This document shows, one piece after another, positions 30,833 to 50,049 of a stretch of 64,000 bases of DNA; positions within the stretch are counted from its first letter, which is position 1, and every line of letters starts with the position of its first letter. Origin of the DNA: the human T2T-CHM13v2.0 reference genome, Homo sapiens; the NCBI RefSeq assembly GCF_009914755.1, contig NC_060927.1. One strand, 5' to 3'. Position numbers and translations under genes: made by a program. The notes beneath the pieces were generated by a model that saw only the letters and a program-made list of their open reading frames with translations, had not been told where the DNA came from and made no database searches.

Positions 30833-31861
30833 TTATAATTTGGCATGTTTCTGCAGTGGCTGGTACCAGTTGTTCCTGTCAATGTTTAGTGCTTCCTTCA
30901 GGAGCTCTTCTTGTAAGGCAGGCCTGGTGGTGACAAAATCTCTCAGCATTTGCTTCTCTGTAAAGGATTTTATTTATCCTTCACTTATGAAGCTTAGTTT
31001 GGCTGGATATGAGATTCTCAGTAGAAAATTCTCTTCTTTAAGAATGTTGAATATTGGCCCCCACTCTCTTCTGGCTTGTAGGGTTTCTGCAGAGAGATCT
31101 GCTGTTAGTCTGATGGGCTTCCCTTTGTGGGTAACACGACCTTTCTCTCTGGCTGCCCTTAATATTTCTTCCTTTATTTCAACCTTGGTGAATCTGACAA
31201 TTATGTGTCTTGGGGTTGCCCTTCTCGAGGAGTATCTTTGTGATGTTCTCTGTATTTCCTGAATTTGAATGTTGGCCTGCCTTGCTAGGTTGGGAAAGTT
31301 CTTCAGCATAATATCCTGAAGAGTGCTTTCCAACTTGGTTCCATTCTCCCAGTCACTTTCAAGTACACCAATCAAACGTAGATTTGGTCTTTTCACATAG
31401 TCCCATATTTCTTGGAGGCTTTTTTTGTTTCTTTTCACTCTTTTTTCTCTAATCATGTCCTCTCATGTTATTTCTTTAATTTGATCTTCAATCTCTGATA
31501 TCCTTTCTTCCACTTGATTGATTTGGCTATTGAAGCTTATGTATGCTTCACGAAGTTCTCGTGCTGAGTTTTTCAGCTCCATCAGGTCATTTATGTTATT
31601 CTCTACAGTGGTTATTCTAGTTAGCAACTCGTCTAACCTTTTTTCAAGGTTCTTAGCTTCCTTGTGTTAGGTTAGAACATGTTCCTTTAGCTCTGAGGAG
31701 TTGGTTATTACCCACTCTCTGAAGCCTACTTCTGTCAATTCATCAAAGTTATTCTCCATCCAGTTTTATTCCCTTGCTGGCAAGGAGTTGTGATTCTTTG
31801 GGAGTGAAGAGGCATTCTGGTTTTGGGAATGTTCAGCGTTTCTGTGCTGGTTTCTCCCCAT
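30833..31861 (-). pseudogene. ORF1: L1 ORF1 (RNA-binding protein), disrupted
   Basis: ATGGGGAGAAACCAG start at 31861. Fragment 30974..31456 contains SLQEIWDYVKRPNLRLIG, RATPRHIIVRF and ARREW. Confidence 0.92.
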
Positions 31862-32543
31862 CTTTGTGGTTTTATCTACCTTTGGTCTTTCATGTTGGTG
31901 ACCTACAGATGGGGTTTTGGTGTGGACATCCTTTCTCCTGATGTTGATGCTATTCCTTTCTGTTTGTTAGTATTCCTTCTAGCAGTCAGGCCCCTCAGCT
32001 GCAGGTCTGTTGGGAGTTTGCTGGAGGTCCACTCCAGACCCTGTTTGCCTGGGTATCACCAGAGGAGGCTGCAGAATAGCAAATATTGCTGCCTGATCCT
32101 TCCTCTGAAAGCTTCATCCCAGAGAGGCACCCTCCAGATGCCAGCCAGAGCTCTCCTGTATGAGGTGTCTGTTGACCCCCACTGGGAGTTGTCTCCCAGT
32201 CAGGCTACACGCATGTCAGGGACCCACTTGAGGAGGTAGTCTGTCCATTATCAGAGCCCAAACGCTGTGCTGGGAGAACCACTGCTCTCTTCAGAGCTGC
32301 CAGGCAGGGACATTTAAGTCTGCTGAAGCTGTGCCCACAGCAGCCCCTTCCCCCAGGTGCTCTGTCCCAGGGAGATGGGGGATTTATCTGTAAGTCCCTG
32401 ACTGGGGCAGATGCCCTGCCCACAGAGGTGGAATCTAGGGAGGCAGTCGACCTTGCTGAGCTGCAGTGGGCTCTGCCCAGTTCAAAATTCTCTGTGGCTT
32501 TCTTTACACTGTGAGCATAAAACTGCCTACTCAAGCCTCAGCA

Positions 32544-32711
32544 ATGGTAGATGCCCCTCCCCCCGCCCAGCTCCAGCATCCCAGTTCGATCTCAGACTGC
32601 TGCGCTAGCAGCGAGAATTTCAAGCCAATGGATCTTAGCTTGCTGGGATCCCTGGGCATGGGACCTGCTGAGCCAGGCACTGGAAGGAATCTCCTGGTCT
32701 GCCAGTTGTGA
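32544..32711 (+). CDS. ORF0: L1 antisense ORF0 homologue, 55 aa (shorter than the 71-aa L1HS form); expression unknown
   Basis: MVDAPPPAQLQHPSSISDCCASS...GMGPAEPG resembles the recalled L1HS ORF0 (MAGAPPPASLPPCSLISDCCASN...GVGPSEPG). It lies antisense in the L1 5'UTR with a GCAATGG start context. Confidence 0.6.
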   Translation: MVDAPPPAQLQHPSSISDCCASSENFKPMDLSLLGSLGMGPAEPGTGRNLLVCQL

Positions 32712-33224
32712 AGACCGTGGGAGTATCTGGGCAGGAGTGTACTGTTCCTCCCAGTACAGTCTCTCATGACTTCCCTTGGCTAGGAAAGGGAAATCCCTCA
32801 ACCCCTTGTGCTTCCCCGGTGAAGCAACACCCCATTGTGCTTCGGCTTGCCCTCCAGGGGCTGCATCCACTGTCCAACCAGTCCCAGTGAGACAACCAGG
32901 TTGGAAATGCAGATATCACCTGTCTTCTGAGTCGATCTCACTGGGAGCTGCAGACCAGAGCTCTTCCTATTCAGCCATCTTGCTGAAAATCCCTAATTTC
33001 TTAATATAATTAAACATCTAATAACTATTCAGACTCTCTTCACTCTTCCCCCATTCTATCCATTTTTCAGGTTGTGTTCAAATCAGGATCCAAAAGGTTC
33101 ATATGTTACAATAGGCCAACAATAGATTACTATGTCCCTTTACAGTCTCTTTTCATCTTTTCTTTCTCTCTGATTCTCATTTCAATTTATTTATTGTGGA
33201 AACCAGGTTGTTCATCTTGTAGAA

Positions 33225-33580
33225 TGCATTAATCTGTTTTCATGCTACTAATAAAGATATACCTAAGGCTGGGTAATTTACAAATGAAAGAGGTTTAATT
33301 GACTCACAGTTCCACATGGCTGGGGAGGCCTCACAATCATGGCAGAAGGCAAATGAGGAGCAATGTCACATCTTACATGGTGGCAGGCAAGACAGCATGT
33401 GCAGGGGAACTCCCATTTATAAAACCATCAGATCTTGTAAGACTTATTCACTACCATGAGAACAGTATGGGGGAAACCACCCCTATGATTCAATTATCTC
33501 TACCTGTCCCTGCCATTGACACATCAGGATTATTACAATTCAAGGTGAAATTTGGGTGGGGACTCAGCCAAACCATATCA
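33225..33580 (-). mobile_element. THE1B/C-like solo LTR
   Basis: TGCATTAATCTGTTTTCATGCT ... GGGGACTCAGCCAAACCATATCA with TSD TAGAA/TAGAG. Confidence 0.92.
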
Positions 33581-36500
33581 TAGAGTTTCTCATTATTGAC
33601 ATTTTTCTGATTATAATCCTGCATTGTCATGTAACATATTCCTATGCCTCTATGTTTCCTATAAATTTATACTAATTTCTATATTTCCTGTGGATCTAGA
33701 GGCTTGATCAGATTCAGACTTGACTTTTTTGGGAAAATTATCCCTTTTTTATATACATGTAAAGTATTTGGGCTTCACGTCACATTGTCAGAAAATCATT
33801 TTGCTTATTTTTTATGTCTGTCCCACCCTTAAATTTTTTGAGATTACAGAAAGTACAGGAAGACTCTGGCTGTCTCATTCTCATCTCCCAGTATGATAAA
33901 GGATAATCTCTTAAACTTTGAGCCAAACGCTAACTTCATTGTAACACCTGGCCAACCATATACCAATCTTAAACCCTCAAAAGTCTTAGCACTAAAATTG
34001 GGTGATGATTGCAGATTCCCTTTTCTCATTGTGTATTTTATTCCAGTGAAAATCTTCAAGTAAAGAACCTCTTAATCTATTAGTTTATTTCTATTAAAAA
34101 AAATTGTCTTGACCTTGAAATTTTGCTTACAAAGGCTCCATGACCCTAGCACTTGTGACCTTCTTCAGCCTGTGACCTGCTACAGAAAGGACCTATTGTC
34201 CTTACAATTACATATCTAAGACGAAACACTACATATCCTAAAAGCAAAGAAAGTTTTGGGGAGAAATGATGTCAGCAAGATGGTGAAATGGAAAGCCCTG
34301 GACACTTCTTCCCCTCACATACTGATTCAGACACAACTCATAGGCATATTTCCTTTGTAATACATCAGAAACTAATTGAGAGGCTCCTGCATCCCAGAAG
34401 AATATGAAACCAGACTCACTGAAGTCAGTAGAGAGATTGGGACACTGAAACTGCCAGAGACCATGCCCCCAGTGCAGTGCCATATAATGAGAAGGAGACT
34501 CCCAAGCTCCCAGTTTTACCCACGAGAGGGAAGGGCTTGCTTTGTGCATCCAACCCTTCTGGATTGCAAAGTTGGTTTGCAACTTTGCAAGGAGACTCCC
34601 AAGCAGACTGGCTTCTGTCTTACCTGTCTTGAAGCCCTGATTGTTCTGCCACAGTCTAGTCACATGAGGGAGACTGGAGGTAACCGTTTGGCCTAGGAGA
34701 TGCTATTAATCCTCTCACCTTCTTAACACTGAGCAAGTAGACAAGAATTAACATCTAGCTCACTAATTCTGATCTCTAGCAGGCCTGTCACATTCTATCT
34801 AACTTAGGGAGAACCGAGGCAGCATCTTGGATGTCAGCAACTATAGATGCCATAACCCCCCAGTCCCAGCCACCTGCCAACTTCATCTCAGCACAAAGAA
34901 AGTGAACAACCACAGATGTCTACTTCTCTCTAGAGAGCAAAAGTTTTGGCAAAGATCCCCAGAATCTCTGAATGGGCTGATTAGTGGAGGTTTCCTCCTG
35001 TATGAGGCCAGTCCCTGAGGACATGGAGAGGTGCCTGCATTGTCTAACGTGTAGTCACCAACATAGAGAGTCAAGGAAAATGAAAAATTAGGCAAAGACA
35101 GACCAAACAAAGGAACAAGATAAATCAAAAACTGACCTTAATGAAACAGAGTCATATGATTTACCTGGTGGAGAATTAAAAATAACTCTCATGAAGATGT
35201 TCAACAAGGTCAAGAAAACAAAGCATAAACAAGGTAAAACTTTAACAAAGTCAGAAAATATTTAAAAGTACCAAACAGAAATCATGAAAATAAAGGACAC
35301 AATAATTACACCAAAATGTTGCTAGAGAGGCATGAGAGCAATATACTATAACCAGCAAAATGCTCCCTCAGAAATGAAGGCAAGATAAAGGATTTCCCAG
35401 ACAAATAAAAGTGAGGGACTTCATCATCACCAGGCCTGCCTTACAAGAAGTGCTTAATGGAGTTTTTCAAGTTGAAGCAAGAGAATGCTAAACAGCACAG
35501 AATAATATATGAAACTCATTGTTAAGGTAAATATATAGGCAAATACAGAATAATGTATTTGTGTAATGTGGGGGCTAAATCATTTTTAATTTTAGAATAA
35601 AAATTAAAAGACAAAATTATTAAAAATAATTATAACTGAAAAATTATTAAAGGATACACAATATGAACAGATATAAATTATGACAATAACAACATAAAGT
35701 GTGGGGACAGGGAGTGGTCAAAATGTAGAGTCTTTGTGTGCAATTGAACTTAAGTTGTTATTAACTTAAAATAGACTGTTAGAATTGTAAAGTGTTTTAT
35801 ATGAGCCCCAAGGTAAGTACACACACAAGAAAATTCAATAAAACACAAAAGAATACAGCAAAAGAGGAAAAGAAAAACAAAACAACCACAAGACTAACCA
35901 AGAACAACTAACAAAATGGCAATAGTAAATCCTTCACTGTCAATAATTACTTTAAATGTAAATGTATTTTTAAAAACCCAGTTGAAACATACAGGGAATC
36001 TAAATGAATTAAAAAACAAGACCCAACTATATACCATCTATTAGAAATTCACTTTAGACTTAAGGATACACATAGGCTAAAAGTGAAGGGATAGAAAAAG
36101 ATATTCTGTGCAAATGGTAATGAAAGAAAAGTAGAGATGGCTATACTTATGTCACACAAAATAGACTTTAAGTCAAAAACTGTCACAAAGGACAAAAAGA
36201 ACATTTTATAATGATAAAAGTGTTGTTCCACCAAGAAGATACAAAAAGTATAATTATATAAGCATTTAATATTAGAGTACCTAAATATATAAGCATTGGC
36301 ATATATGAATGGAGAAATAAAAAAAATATGATAATAGTAAGATACTTCAGTATCCCACTTTTGACAATAGAAAGAACATTTAGACAGAAGATTAAAAAGG
36401 AAATAGAGGACCTAAATAACACCGTAGACTAAACAGACCTAAAATTCAGACATATGTAAAACCCTCCACCCAGCAGCAGCAGAATGCACATTCTTCTCAA

Positions 36501-36679
36501 GCACACAGGAATCTTTCTCCAGGATAAATCACGTTAACTCCCAAAACAAGTCTTAACAAATCTAAAAAGACTGAAGTCATACCAAGTATCATTTCTGAGC
36601 ATAATGGAATAAAAACAGAAATCAGTAAGAGAAAGAAAATGAAATTCACAAATATGCATAAATTAAACAACACACTCTT

Positions 36680-36838
36680 TTTTTTTTTTTTCTTTTTTGA
36701 GACAGAGTCTCTCTCTGTCACCCATGCTGGAGTGCAGTGGCACAATCTCAGTTCACTGCAACCTTTGCCTCCTGGGTTCAAGTGATTCTCAGCCTTCCAA
36801 GTAGTTGACATTACAGACATGAGCCACGGCACCTGGCC
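36680..36838 (-). mobile_element. Monomer-length Alu (arm-to-arm deletion product or FRAM)
   Basis: Poly-T, right-arm sequence, then directly the Alu 5' end. Perfect 14-bp TSD AACAACACACTCTT at 36666-36679 and 36839-36852. Confidence 0.9.
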
Positions 36839-37392
36839 AACAACACACTCTTGGACAACCGTTGAATCAAAGGAAAAAAAATTTGATTAGAAAATACCTC
36901 AAGACAAATGAAAAAGAAAACACAACATAGCACAAGTTATGGGATGCAGCAAAATAGTACAAACAGGGAAGCTCATATTAAACACCTACATTTTTTAAAA
37001 AAAGAAGATCTCAAATAAAAAACCAAACTAACTTTACATCTCAAGAAATGGGAGCCCAAAGTTAGCAGAAGGAAAGAATTACCAAAGATTAGAGCAGAAA
37101 TAAATGAAATAGAACAGAGATTAAAAAAAAGATGAACAAAATTAAGAGTTTGTTTTTTGAAAAGAGAAAATAAATGGATAATTCTTAGGTAGGCTAACCA
37201 GGAGAAAGAGAAAAGACAAAAATAAATAAAATTAATAAAGGGGAGACATTACAACTAGTGCACACAAATAAAACATCATAAGAGGCTACTAGAAATAATC
37301 ATACAACAACAAATTAATTATCTAGAATAAATGAATAAATTTCTAAAAACTATGCTCTACCAAGACTAAATCATGAAGAAATAGAAGAAAGG

Positions 37393-37930
37393 TTTTCTTT
37401 TAATTATTATACTTTAAGTTCTAGGGTACATGTGCACAACTTGCAGGTTTTTTACATAGGTTTACATGTTGGTTTGCTGTACCTGTCAACTCGTCATTTA
37501 CATTAGGTATTTCTCCTAATGCTATCCCTCCCCCATCCCCCCACTCCCCAACAAGCCCCAGTGAGTGATGTCCCCCTCCCTGTGTCCATGTGTTCTCATT
37601 GTTCAACTCCCACTTATGAGTGAGAACATGTGGTGTTTGGTTTTCTGTTCTTGTGATATTTTGCTGAGAATGATGGTTTCCAGCTTCATCCTTGTCTCTG
37701 CAAAGGACACAAACTCATCCTTTTTTATGGCTGCATAGTATTCCATGGTGTATATGTGCCACATTTTCTTTATCCAGTCTATTATTGATGGACATTTGGG
37801 TTGGTTCCAAGTCTTTGCTACTGTGAATAGTGCCACAATAAACATTTATGTGCATGTGTCTTTATAGTAGCATGATTTATAATCCTTGGGGTATATACCC
37901 AGAAATGGGATTGCTGGATCAAATGGTATT
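37393..37930 (-). mobile_element. 5'-truncated L1PA6/7-like 3' end
   Basis: TATTATACTTTAAGTTCTAGGGTACATG tail and ORF2 C-terminal fragment 37603..37845. Flanked by GAAGAAAT(A/G)GAA. Confidence 0.92.
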
Positions 37931-39417
37931 GAAGAAATGGAAATTTTAAGCAGAGCTATAAGAACTACGTAGATTGGAAATATCAGGGGATCATGGCAGA
38001 CAGGAGGCAGGACTAGATTGCAGCTCCAACTCGGACGGATAGAGCAGCATGTGGAGTCTTGCATCATAAATTTTTGCTCCAGAACGACTGCAGTAATAAA
38101 TCAAGAAACTTGAAGGGACCCACAGACCCCCTGAAGAAAGCGGATTGCTCCTTCAGGACCCAGGAGACACCTCAAATACTCTGAGTACCCAAACTATGAA
38201 ACTGGGAAAGGGAAATTGTCCACCCCCAAACACACACTCCCACTGGGGAAACTGAAGGCCTAGATTACAGAAGACGATTTTGACCTTACCTGGAGCTGAG
38301 TGAGTTTAGAGAGCCAAGAAACATACAGTGTTAGGAGAAGCAGCAGGAAAAGCACTGGGAGCTCACTGGGTCCCCTAACAAGCCGTTTTTGCCTGGCCTC
38401 ACAGAGGTCTTTTGGGAGGGCAGACAGAGGCATTGGGAAAGGCTACAGGGAGAAGGAAATCTCCAGCTGAACTTTGTAACAATTTGAAGTGACTGAGAAG
38501 CCTCCTAGCCAGAACTCGAGGGAGGGCATGAATCTGGTGTGCAGACTCCACAGGTGGGAGAAGAAAAAAAAGCCATATTTGCTTTCACAGCTGGGAGGTG
38601 GGTAGCCTGGGGCAAGTTCTCAGACCTGCTCACCCACTACGTGGAAACAGACTCAGTGCTGTTGGGTGGAGGTCATGGTGGGAGTGAGACCGGCCCTTCA
38701 GATTGTGTGGGAGCTGGGTGAGGCCTGGGACTGCCGGCTTTCCCCCACTTCCCTGTCAACCTGCATGACACAGTAAAGAACATCATAATCCTCCTAAGAA
38801 TGTAACCCTGTTGACCTGGGAACCTCACCCCCAACCCCCATAGCAGCTGCAGCAAGACCCACCCAAGGAGAGTGTGAGCTCAGACACACCTAACCCTGCC
38901 CCCACCCAATGTTTCTTACCTACTCACCCTGGTAACTGAACACAAAGGGCATATACTCTTGGGAGTTCTAGGTCCCTGCCCATCGCCTGTTCCTCCCCAT
39001 AGTACCACAGCTGATGCACCCTGGAAAGCACCACCTACTGGTAGGAAGCCAAACAGCACAAAAATAGTGCATTAAATCACCAACACTAATAACCTTCACA
39101 GAGTCCATTTCACCCCCTGCCACCTCTACCAGAACAGGAGCTGATATCCACGGCTGAGAGACCCACAGATGGTTCACATCACAGAACTCTGTGCAGACAA
39201 CCCCCAGTACCAGCCCAGAGCCTGACAGACTTGCTGGGTGGCTAGATCCAGAGAGAGATAACAATCACTACAGCTCGGCCCTCAGGAAGCCACATCCATA
39301 GGAAAAGGGGAAGAGTACTACATCAAAGGAACACCCCACGGGACAAAGGAATCTGAACAGGTTCTAGCCCTAGACCCTGTTCAGCCCCAGATCTTCCCTC
39401 TGACAGAGCCTACCCAA

Positions 39418-40449
39418 ATGAGAAGGAAACAGAAAACTTACTCTGGTAATATGACAAAACAAGATTCTTTAACACTCCCCAAAAATTACACTAGCTCACC
39501 AGCAATGGACCCAAACCAAAAGGAAATCCCTGATTTACTTGCAAAAGAATTCAGAAGGTTACTTATTAAGCTAATCAGGGAGGCACCAGAGAAAGGTGAA
39601 GCCCAATGTAAGGAAATCCAAAAAACAATACAAGTAGTGAAGGCAGAAACATTCAAGAAAATAGATAGCATGAATAAAAAGTAATCAAAACTTTAGGAAA
39701 AATGGACACACTTATAGAAATGCAAAATTATCTGGAAAGTCTCAGCAATAGAACTGAACAAGAAGAAAGAAATTTAGAGCTTGAAGACAAGGTCTTCAAT
39801 TAACCCAATCCAACAAAGACAAAGACAAAAGAATTTTAAAAATATGAACAAAGCCTCCAAGAAGTCTGGGATTATGTTCAATGACCAAACCTAAGAATGA
39901 TCAGTGTTCCTGGGGAAGAAGAGAAATATAAAAGTTTGGAAAACATATATGGAGTAATAATCAAGGTAAAATTCCCTGGCCTTGCTAGAGACCGAGACAT
40001 CCAAATACAAGAAGTACAAAGAACACTTGAAAATCTGTCATAAAAAGACCATCACCTAGGCATATTGTCATCAGGTTATCTAAAGTTAAGACAAATGAAA
40101 GAATCTTAAGAGCTGTGAGACAAAAGCAACAAGTAACCTATAAAGGAAAACCTATCAGATTCACAGCAGATTTCTCAGCAGAAACCCTACAAGCTAGAAT
40201 GGATTGGGGGGCCAGATCTTCAGCCTTCTCAAACAAAACAATTGTCAGCCAAGAATTTTGTATCCAGCAAAACCAAGCTTCATCTATAAACAAAAGATAC
40301 AGTCTTTTTCAGACAAAGAAATGCCGAGAGAATTTGCCACTACCAAGCCATCACTACAAAAACTGCTAAAAGGAGCCCTAAATCTTGAAACAAATCCTGT
40401 AAACACGTCAAAACTCTTTAAAGCACAAAACACATTCAAAACTCTCTAA
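39418..40449 (+). pseudogene. ORF1: L1PB ORF1, disrupted
   Basis: Fragments 39418..39684, 40115..40369 (VTYKGKPIRFTADFSAETLQAR) and 40204..40449 (QPRILYPAK). Confidence 0.88.
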
Positions 40450-40533
40450 AGCATAAATCACACAGGACCTATAATACATGATAAAAAGCAAAAACAAACA
40501 AAAAAACAAAGTACACAGGCAACAAAGAGCACA

Positions 40534-44758
<4,225 letters not shown>

Positions 44759-45788
44759 GCTATAACGATGCAAAGGCATAAGAATGATACAATGGACTTT
44801 GGGGACTCAGAGGGAAAGGATGAGAAGGTGGTGAAGGATAAAAGACTACAAATAGGGTGCAGTGTATACTGCTCAGGTGATGGGTACACCAAAGTCTCAC
44901 AAATCACCACTGAGAACTTATGTAACCAAATACCAACTGTTCCCCAATAACCTATGGAAATAAAAAAAAATTTATAAAGAAGTATGAAAATTGGCTCAGT
45001 AATAAAATATTCTCCATAAGGAAAAGCTTGATATTGGATAACTTCACTGATAATTTCTACCAAACATTTAAAGAAGCTATAATGCCAATTCTTTTCAAAT
45101 TCTTCCCAAAAAACTGGAGAGGAAGGAACACTTCCAAAGTTTTTATGAGGCCAGCATAAAACACACAAAGATGCTATAACAAAAGAAAGCTACATGCCAA
45201 TGTCCTTGAGGAATATAGAAGAAAAAGTCCTTGACAAAACACTAACAAACCAAATAAAAATATATTCAACACTACATTAAAATGATCATACAGTATGACC
45301 AAGTGGGATTTATCTCTGGTATGCAAGGACATTTCAACATACGCAAATCTATAAATGTGATATGCCACATTAACAGAAAAAACGATAAAAATTACGTGAT
45401 TATCTCCATAGATGTGGAGAAAGCACTTGACAAAATCTGACACTTTCATAATAAAAACTCTCAATAAAATAGAAATAGAAGGAATTATCTTAAAATAATA
45501 AATTCCATATGTGAAAAGCAGCTAACATCATATTTAATGGCGAAAAAATTGAAAACTGTTCCTCTAAGATCAGGAACAAAGTAAGGATGCCCACTCTTTC
45601 CACTTTTGTGAAACACAGTATTTGGAATTTTGGCAGGAATAATTAGGTATTAAAAAGAAATAAAAGGCATACAAATGAGAAAGGAAGAAGTAAGACTGTT
45701 GCTGTTTGCAGATGGCATAACTGTAAAAACTCAAAAACAAACTACTAAAACATAAATGAATTTGTAAAATTGCAGGATATAAAATTAA

Positions 45789-46113
<325 letters not shown>

Positions 46114-46996
46114 TGTATTTTTATACACTAACAAGAAACTATCTAAAAAAAATTAAGAAACAATTCCATTTGTAATAGCACCCAAAAGAATAAAATAATT
46201 AGGGATAAACTTAACTAAGAGAGTGAAATACTTTTACACTGAAAACTACAAGACACAAATGGAAAGACATCTCGTGTTCATGGACTTGAAGATTTAATAC
46301 TGTTAAAAATGCCTATATTACCCAAAACAATCTACAAATTCAATGCAATTTCTATCAAAATCCCATTAACATTTTTACAGATATATAAAAAAACAATTGA
46401 TTCAAATAGAACCATAAAAGATCACAAATATCCAAAGCAATCCCAAGGAAAAAAAACAAATGTTAAGGCCTTGCACTTTCTGATTTCAAAATATATTACA
46501 AAACTACAGTGATTTTAAAAGTATGGTACTGGCATAAAGACAGACATATAGACCAATGGAACAGAATTGAGAGCTGAGAAATAAATTCACACATACACAG
46601 TACTGATCTTCAAAAAGGGTACCAAGAATACACAATGGGGAAAAAACAGTTTCTTCAACAAATGGTTTTGGGAAGACAATATATACTTGCAAAATATGAA
46701 ATTGGACCTTTATCTTACACCCTATGCAAAAAATCAACTGAAAATTGATTAAAAACAAATATTAAGACCTGGAACTCTAAGACTCCTAGAAAAAAATATA
46801 GGGAGAAAGCTTTATGACACATTGTTCTTGGCAATGATTTCATGAATATGTCATCAAATGCACAGGCAACAGAACCAAAAATAAAGAAATGGGACTACAT
46901 CAAACTAAAAAGCTGCTGCACAACAAAGAAAACAATCAACAGAGTGAAAAGGCAACTTAAGTATAATGGGAGAAAATATTTGTAAACCATATACCT

Positions 46997-47408
46997 TAAT
47001 ACAGCTTGGATCTGTGTCCCTACCAAATCTCATGTTGAAATGTTATCCCCAGTATTACAGGTAGGACCTGGTGGGAGGTGTCTGGATCATGCCAGTATTT
47101 CCCTTATGAATGGCGTAGTGCCCATCCCCTTAGTAATGAGTGAGTGAGTTCTTGTGAGATGTTTTTTTTTTTTTAAAGTCCACACTCTCTCACTTGTTCC
47201 TGCTTTTGGTTTGTAATGTGCCTGCACCCCCTTCACCTTCTATCATGATTGAAATCTCCCTGAGGCTTCACCAGAAACCAAACAGATGCCAGCACTATGC
47301 TTCGTGTTAAGCCTTCAGAACCACGCATGAGTCAATTAAGTCTCTTTTCTTTATAAATTACCCAGTCTCAGGTACTTCTTTATGGCAATGCAAGAATAGC
47401 CTAAGACA
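46997..47408 (+). mobile_element. MSTA/MSTB-like solo LTR
   Basis: GGATCTGTGTCCCTACCAAATCTCATGTTGAAATG ... TACCCAGTCTCAGGTAC..GCAATGCAAGAATAGCCTAAGACA with TSD TACCT/CACCT. Confidence 0.9.
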
Positions 47409-50049
47409 CACCTAATAAAGGGTTAAACTCCAAAATATATAAGGAACCCTTACAATTTAGTAGTAAAAAAATAATAACCCGACTTAAAAATGGGCTAAGG
47501 ACTTGAACAGACATTTCTCCAAAGAAGACATACAAGTGGCCCACAAGTATATGAAAAAAATATTCAACATCACTAATCATCAGAGAAATGCAAATCAAAG
47601 CCATCTCACACCTGTCGGGATGACTATTATTTTTTCAAAAAGACGTGAAGTATTAGTAAGGAAGTGGGGAAATTAGAACCCTTGTACACTGTTGGTAGGA
47701 ATGCAAAATGGTACAGCTGCTATAGAAAATAGCATGGGGTTTTCTCCAAAAATTAAAAATAGAACTGCCATGTGATGCAGCAATTCCACTTTTTGGTACT
47801 TTTCCAAAAGAACTGAAATCAAGATCTTGAAGAGATATTAGTACTCCTATGTTCATTGCAGCACTGTTCACAAAAATCAATTGTGGAAACAAGCTCAATT
47901 GTCCATTGGAATATGAATGGATAAAGAAAATGTGGTGTATACACACATGAAATACTATTCAGATTCTTTTAAAAGAAATTCTAAAATGTGACAAGATGAA
48001 TGAGCCTTGAGGACATTATGACAAGTGAAATAGGCCAGTCACAGAAAGACAAATACTGCATGATCTCACTTATATGAGGTATCTAAAATAGTCACATTCA
48101 TAAAATCAAACTGTGGAATAGTGGTTTCCAGGGACTAGGGGCAGGGGGAAATGGCGAGTTACTAATCAACAGGCATGAAGTTTCAGTTAGGCAAGATGAA
48201 TACATTCTAAAGATCAAAAGATGTACAACAACATAACTATAGTCACTGATACTGTATTGTACATTTAAAAATTTGTTGAGGGTAGATCTCATGTCATATG
48301 TTCTTATCACAATAAAATTAAAAAGAAAAAATAAAATAAAAACATTCTGGTAAGTGATTTGCTGTCTCCAGCTATACAATGAAATAGTAGGCAAATCTAT
48401 CTGATAGACCCAGCCTCAAGATACAGGACTTAATATAATTGTATAGGACCACAGAATATCATGGAAGTTGTCACAGTAGGTCTAGAAAATGAGTGGTTTT
48501 TACCAGGGTTATCTGATGTAATGCTTAAAACGTCATTATGAGTCAGGTCTCATCACTCTCATAAAATAGATGAAGAAAAAGGCTCAGTAACTTATCCAAG
48601 ATCATAAAAGATCTCTTTCCACTATACCACATGATATTTAATCAATGTTCAAATTAGCAATCATTGTCTAAGAAAAGACAATGACATAAAAAGAACCATA
48701 TTTCAAAAATCTGCATAGATCTGACTATAGACAATATTCATGCTAAAACTGGCACAGCAGGGAAGGAAAAAAAGAAGAAGAAAAATTCTGCATAGTTAGT
48801 TGGGCCTAGAAGATTGGCAGTGCACCCCAGTGGGTAATCTTCTGTTACTAATAGAGATGCAAAGTGCTGGTATAGCAGAAGCAAGACACAGTTTGTTCTG
48901 TTTTCCAGCTCCAAAGCCATAAGCTTCTTCCTTGCTAAGGTGTGTATCTATCCTTGCCTCTTTCTCTCATCTGGTGCCAAGAGTGTTTTGTGTAAACATC
49001 TTTCTTCTTTCTATTCAGCACTATTTTTTTAAATATCGGAGTATATATAGTGGTAGAGTTTAGTTAAAAACATAGGTTTTCTATATCAATTTGAAAACAA
49101 ATTGTATCTAATCATCTCTGTAACATTTCCTGCAAGGTAACAACTTTTAATGTTTAGATAAACACCGAAGAGCCTGTTTACTCTACCACCTAGTACCCAA
49201 GTGTCTTCTGACTTGTTTAAACCTGAACAACAGGGAGGACCATGAGTCAAGATCTGTAATTTTGTGTCCTTTTAAAATGATTAGAACCATTGCCAAATCT
49301 TTTAGCAGATTACCCTTAAAAGGACACAGTCCATACAGGTAATATATGTTTGTTGTAATCACCTTTTCCAAATCCATCTTTTTCAAATCAATTTATTCCA
49401 TCCACCCACTCATTTATCTACTCACTCATGTGACTATCCATTTATTTGTTCGTTCATTCATTCATTAAAATATTATCTGTGAAGTCCTTACTTTATTTTA
49501 GGCAACATTGTTTAATTGTTCCCTACATTTCCCAGTCTATCCTCTGCCTTTCTGTCTCCTTTACTTTTTCCTTTTTCCACTCAAATTTCTGGATCCACCT
49601 CAAAAATTTCATACCTCTTTTTATCACCTCCAGTGCCTTGCATGAAATAGGCGCTCAGTATCTACTGGTTGATTGATAAGAAAAGTTTAGAGAACAAGAA
49701 GCAGGACATCATGGGTAAACAAACTGAGACAAAGATTAGAAAGCATTTAAGACATGACATGTGAAGAGGTTTACCTAACCTGATCAAATTTCTAGGAATA
49801 CACATTTGAAAGAATAGTATGTAATTTAGAGTCCATGGAATAAGAGAGAAAGAAGGGGAACGTTAATTTTTTGGCAAGATTGGCAGCTTTCCAAAGGCTA
49901 AGTTGATGGTGATTACTTTGTTTTCTCAATAGATGCCTATTCAGAATGATAGAAGTTAGCAGCATGTAGTAACCCTTTGATATATGCCAAGTGACATGAA
50001 TTTGTTAAAGTGGTCCCATCTAGATCCTTGCCAGGATTCACTAGATAGC

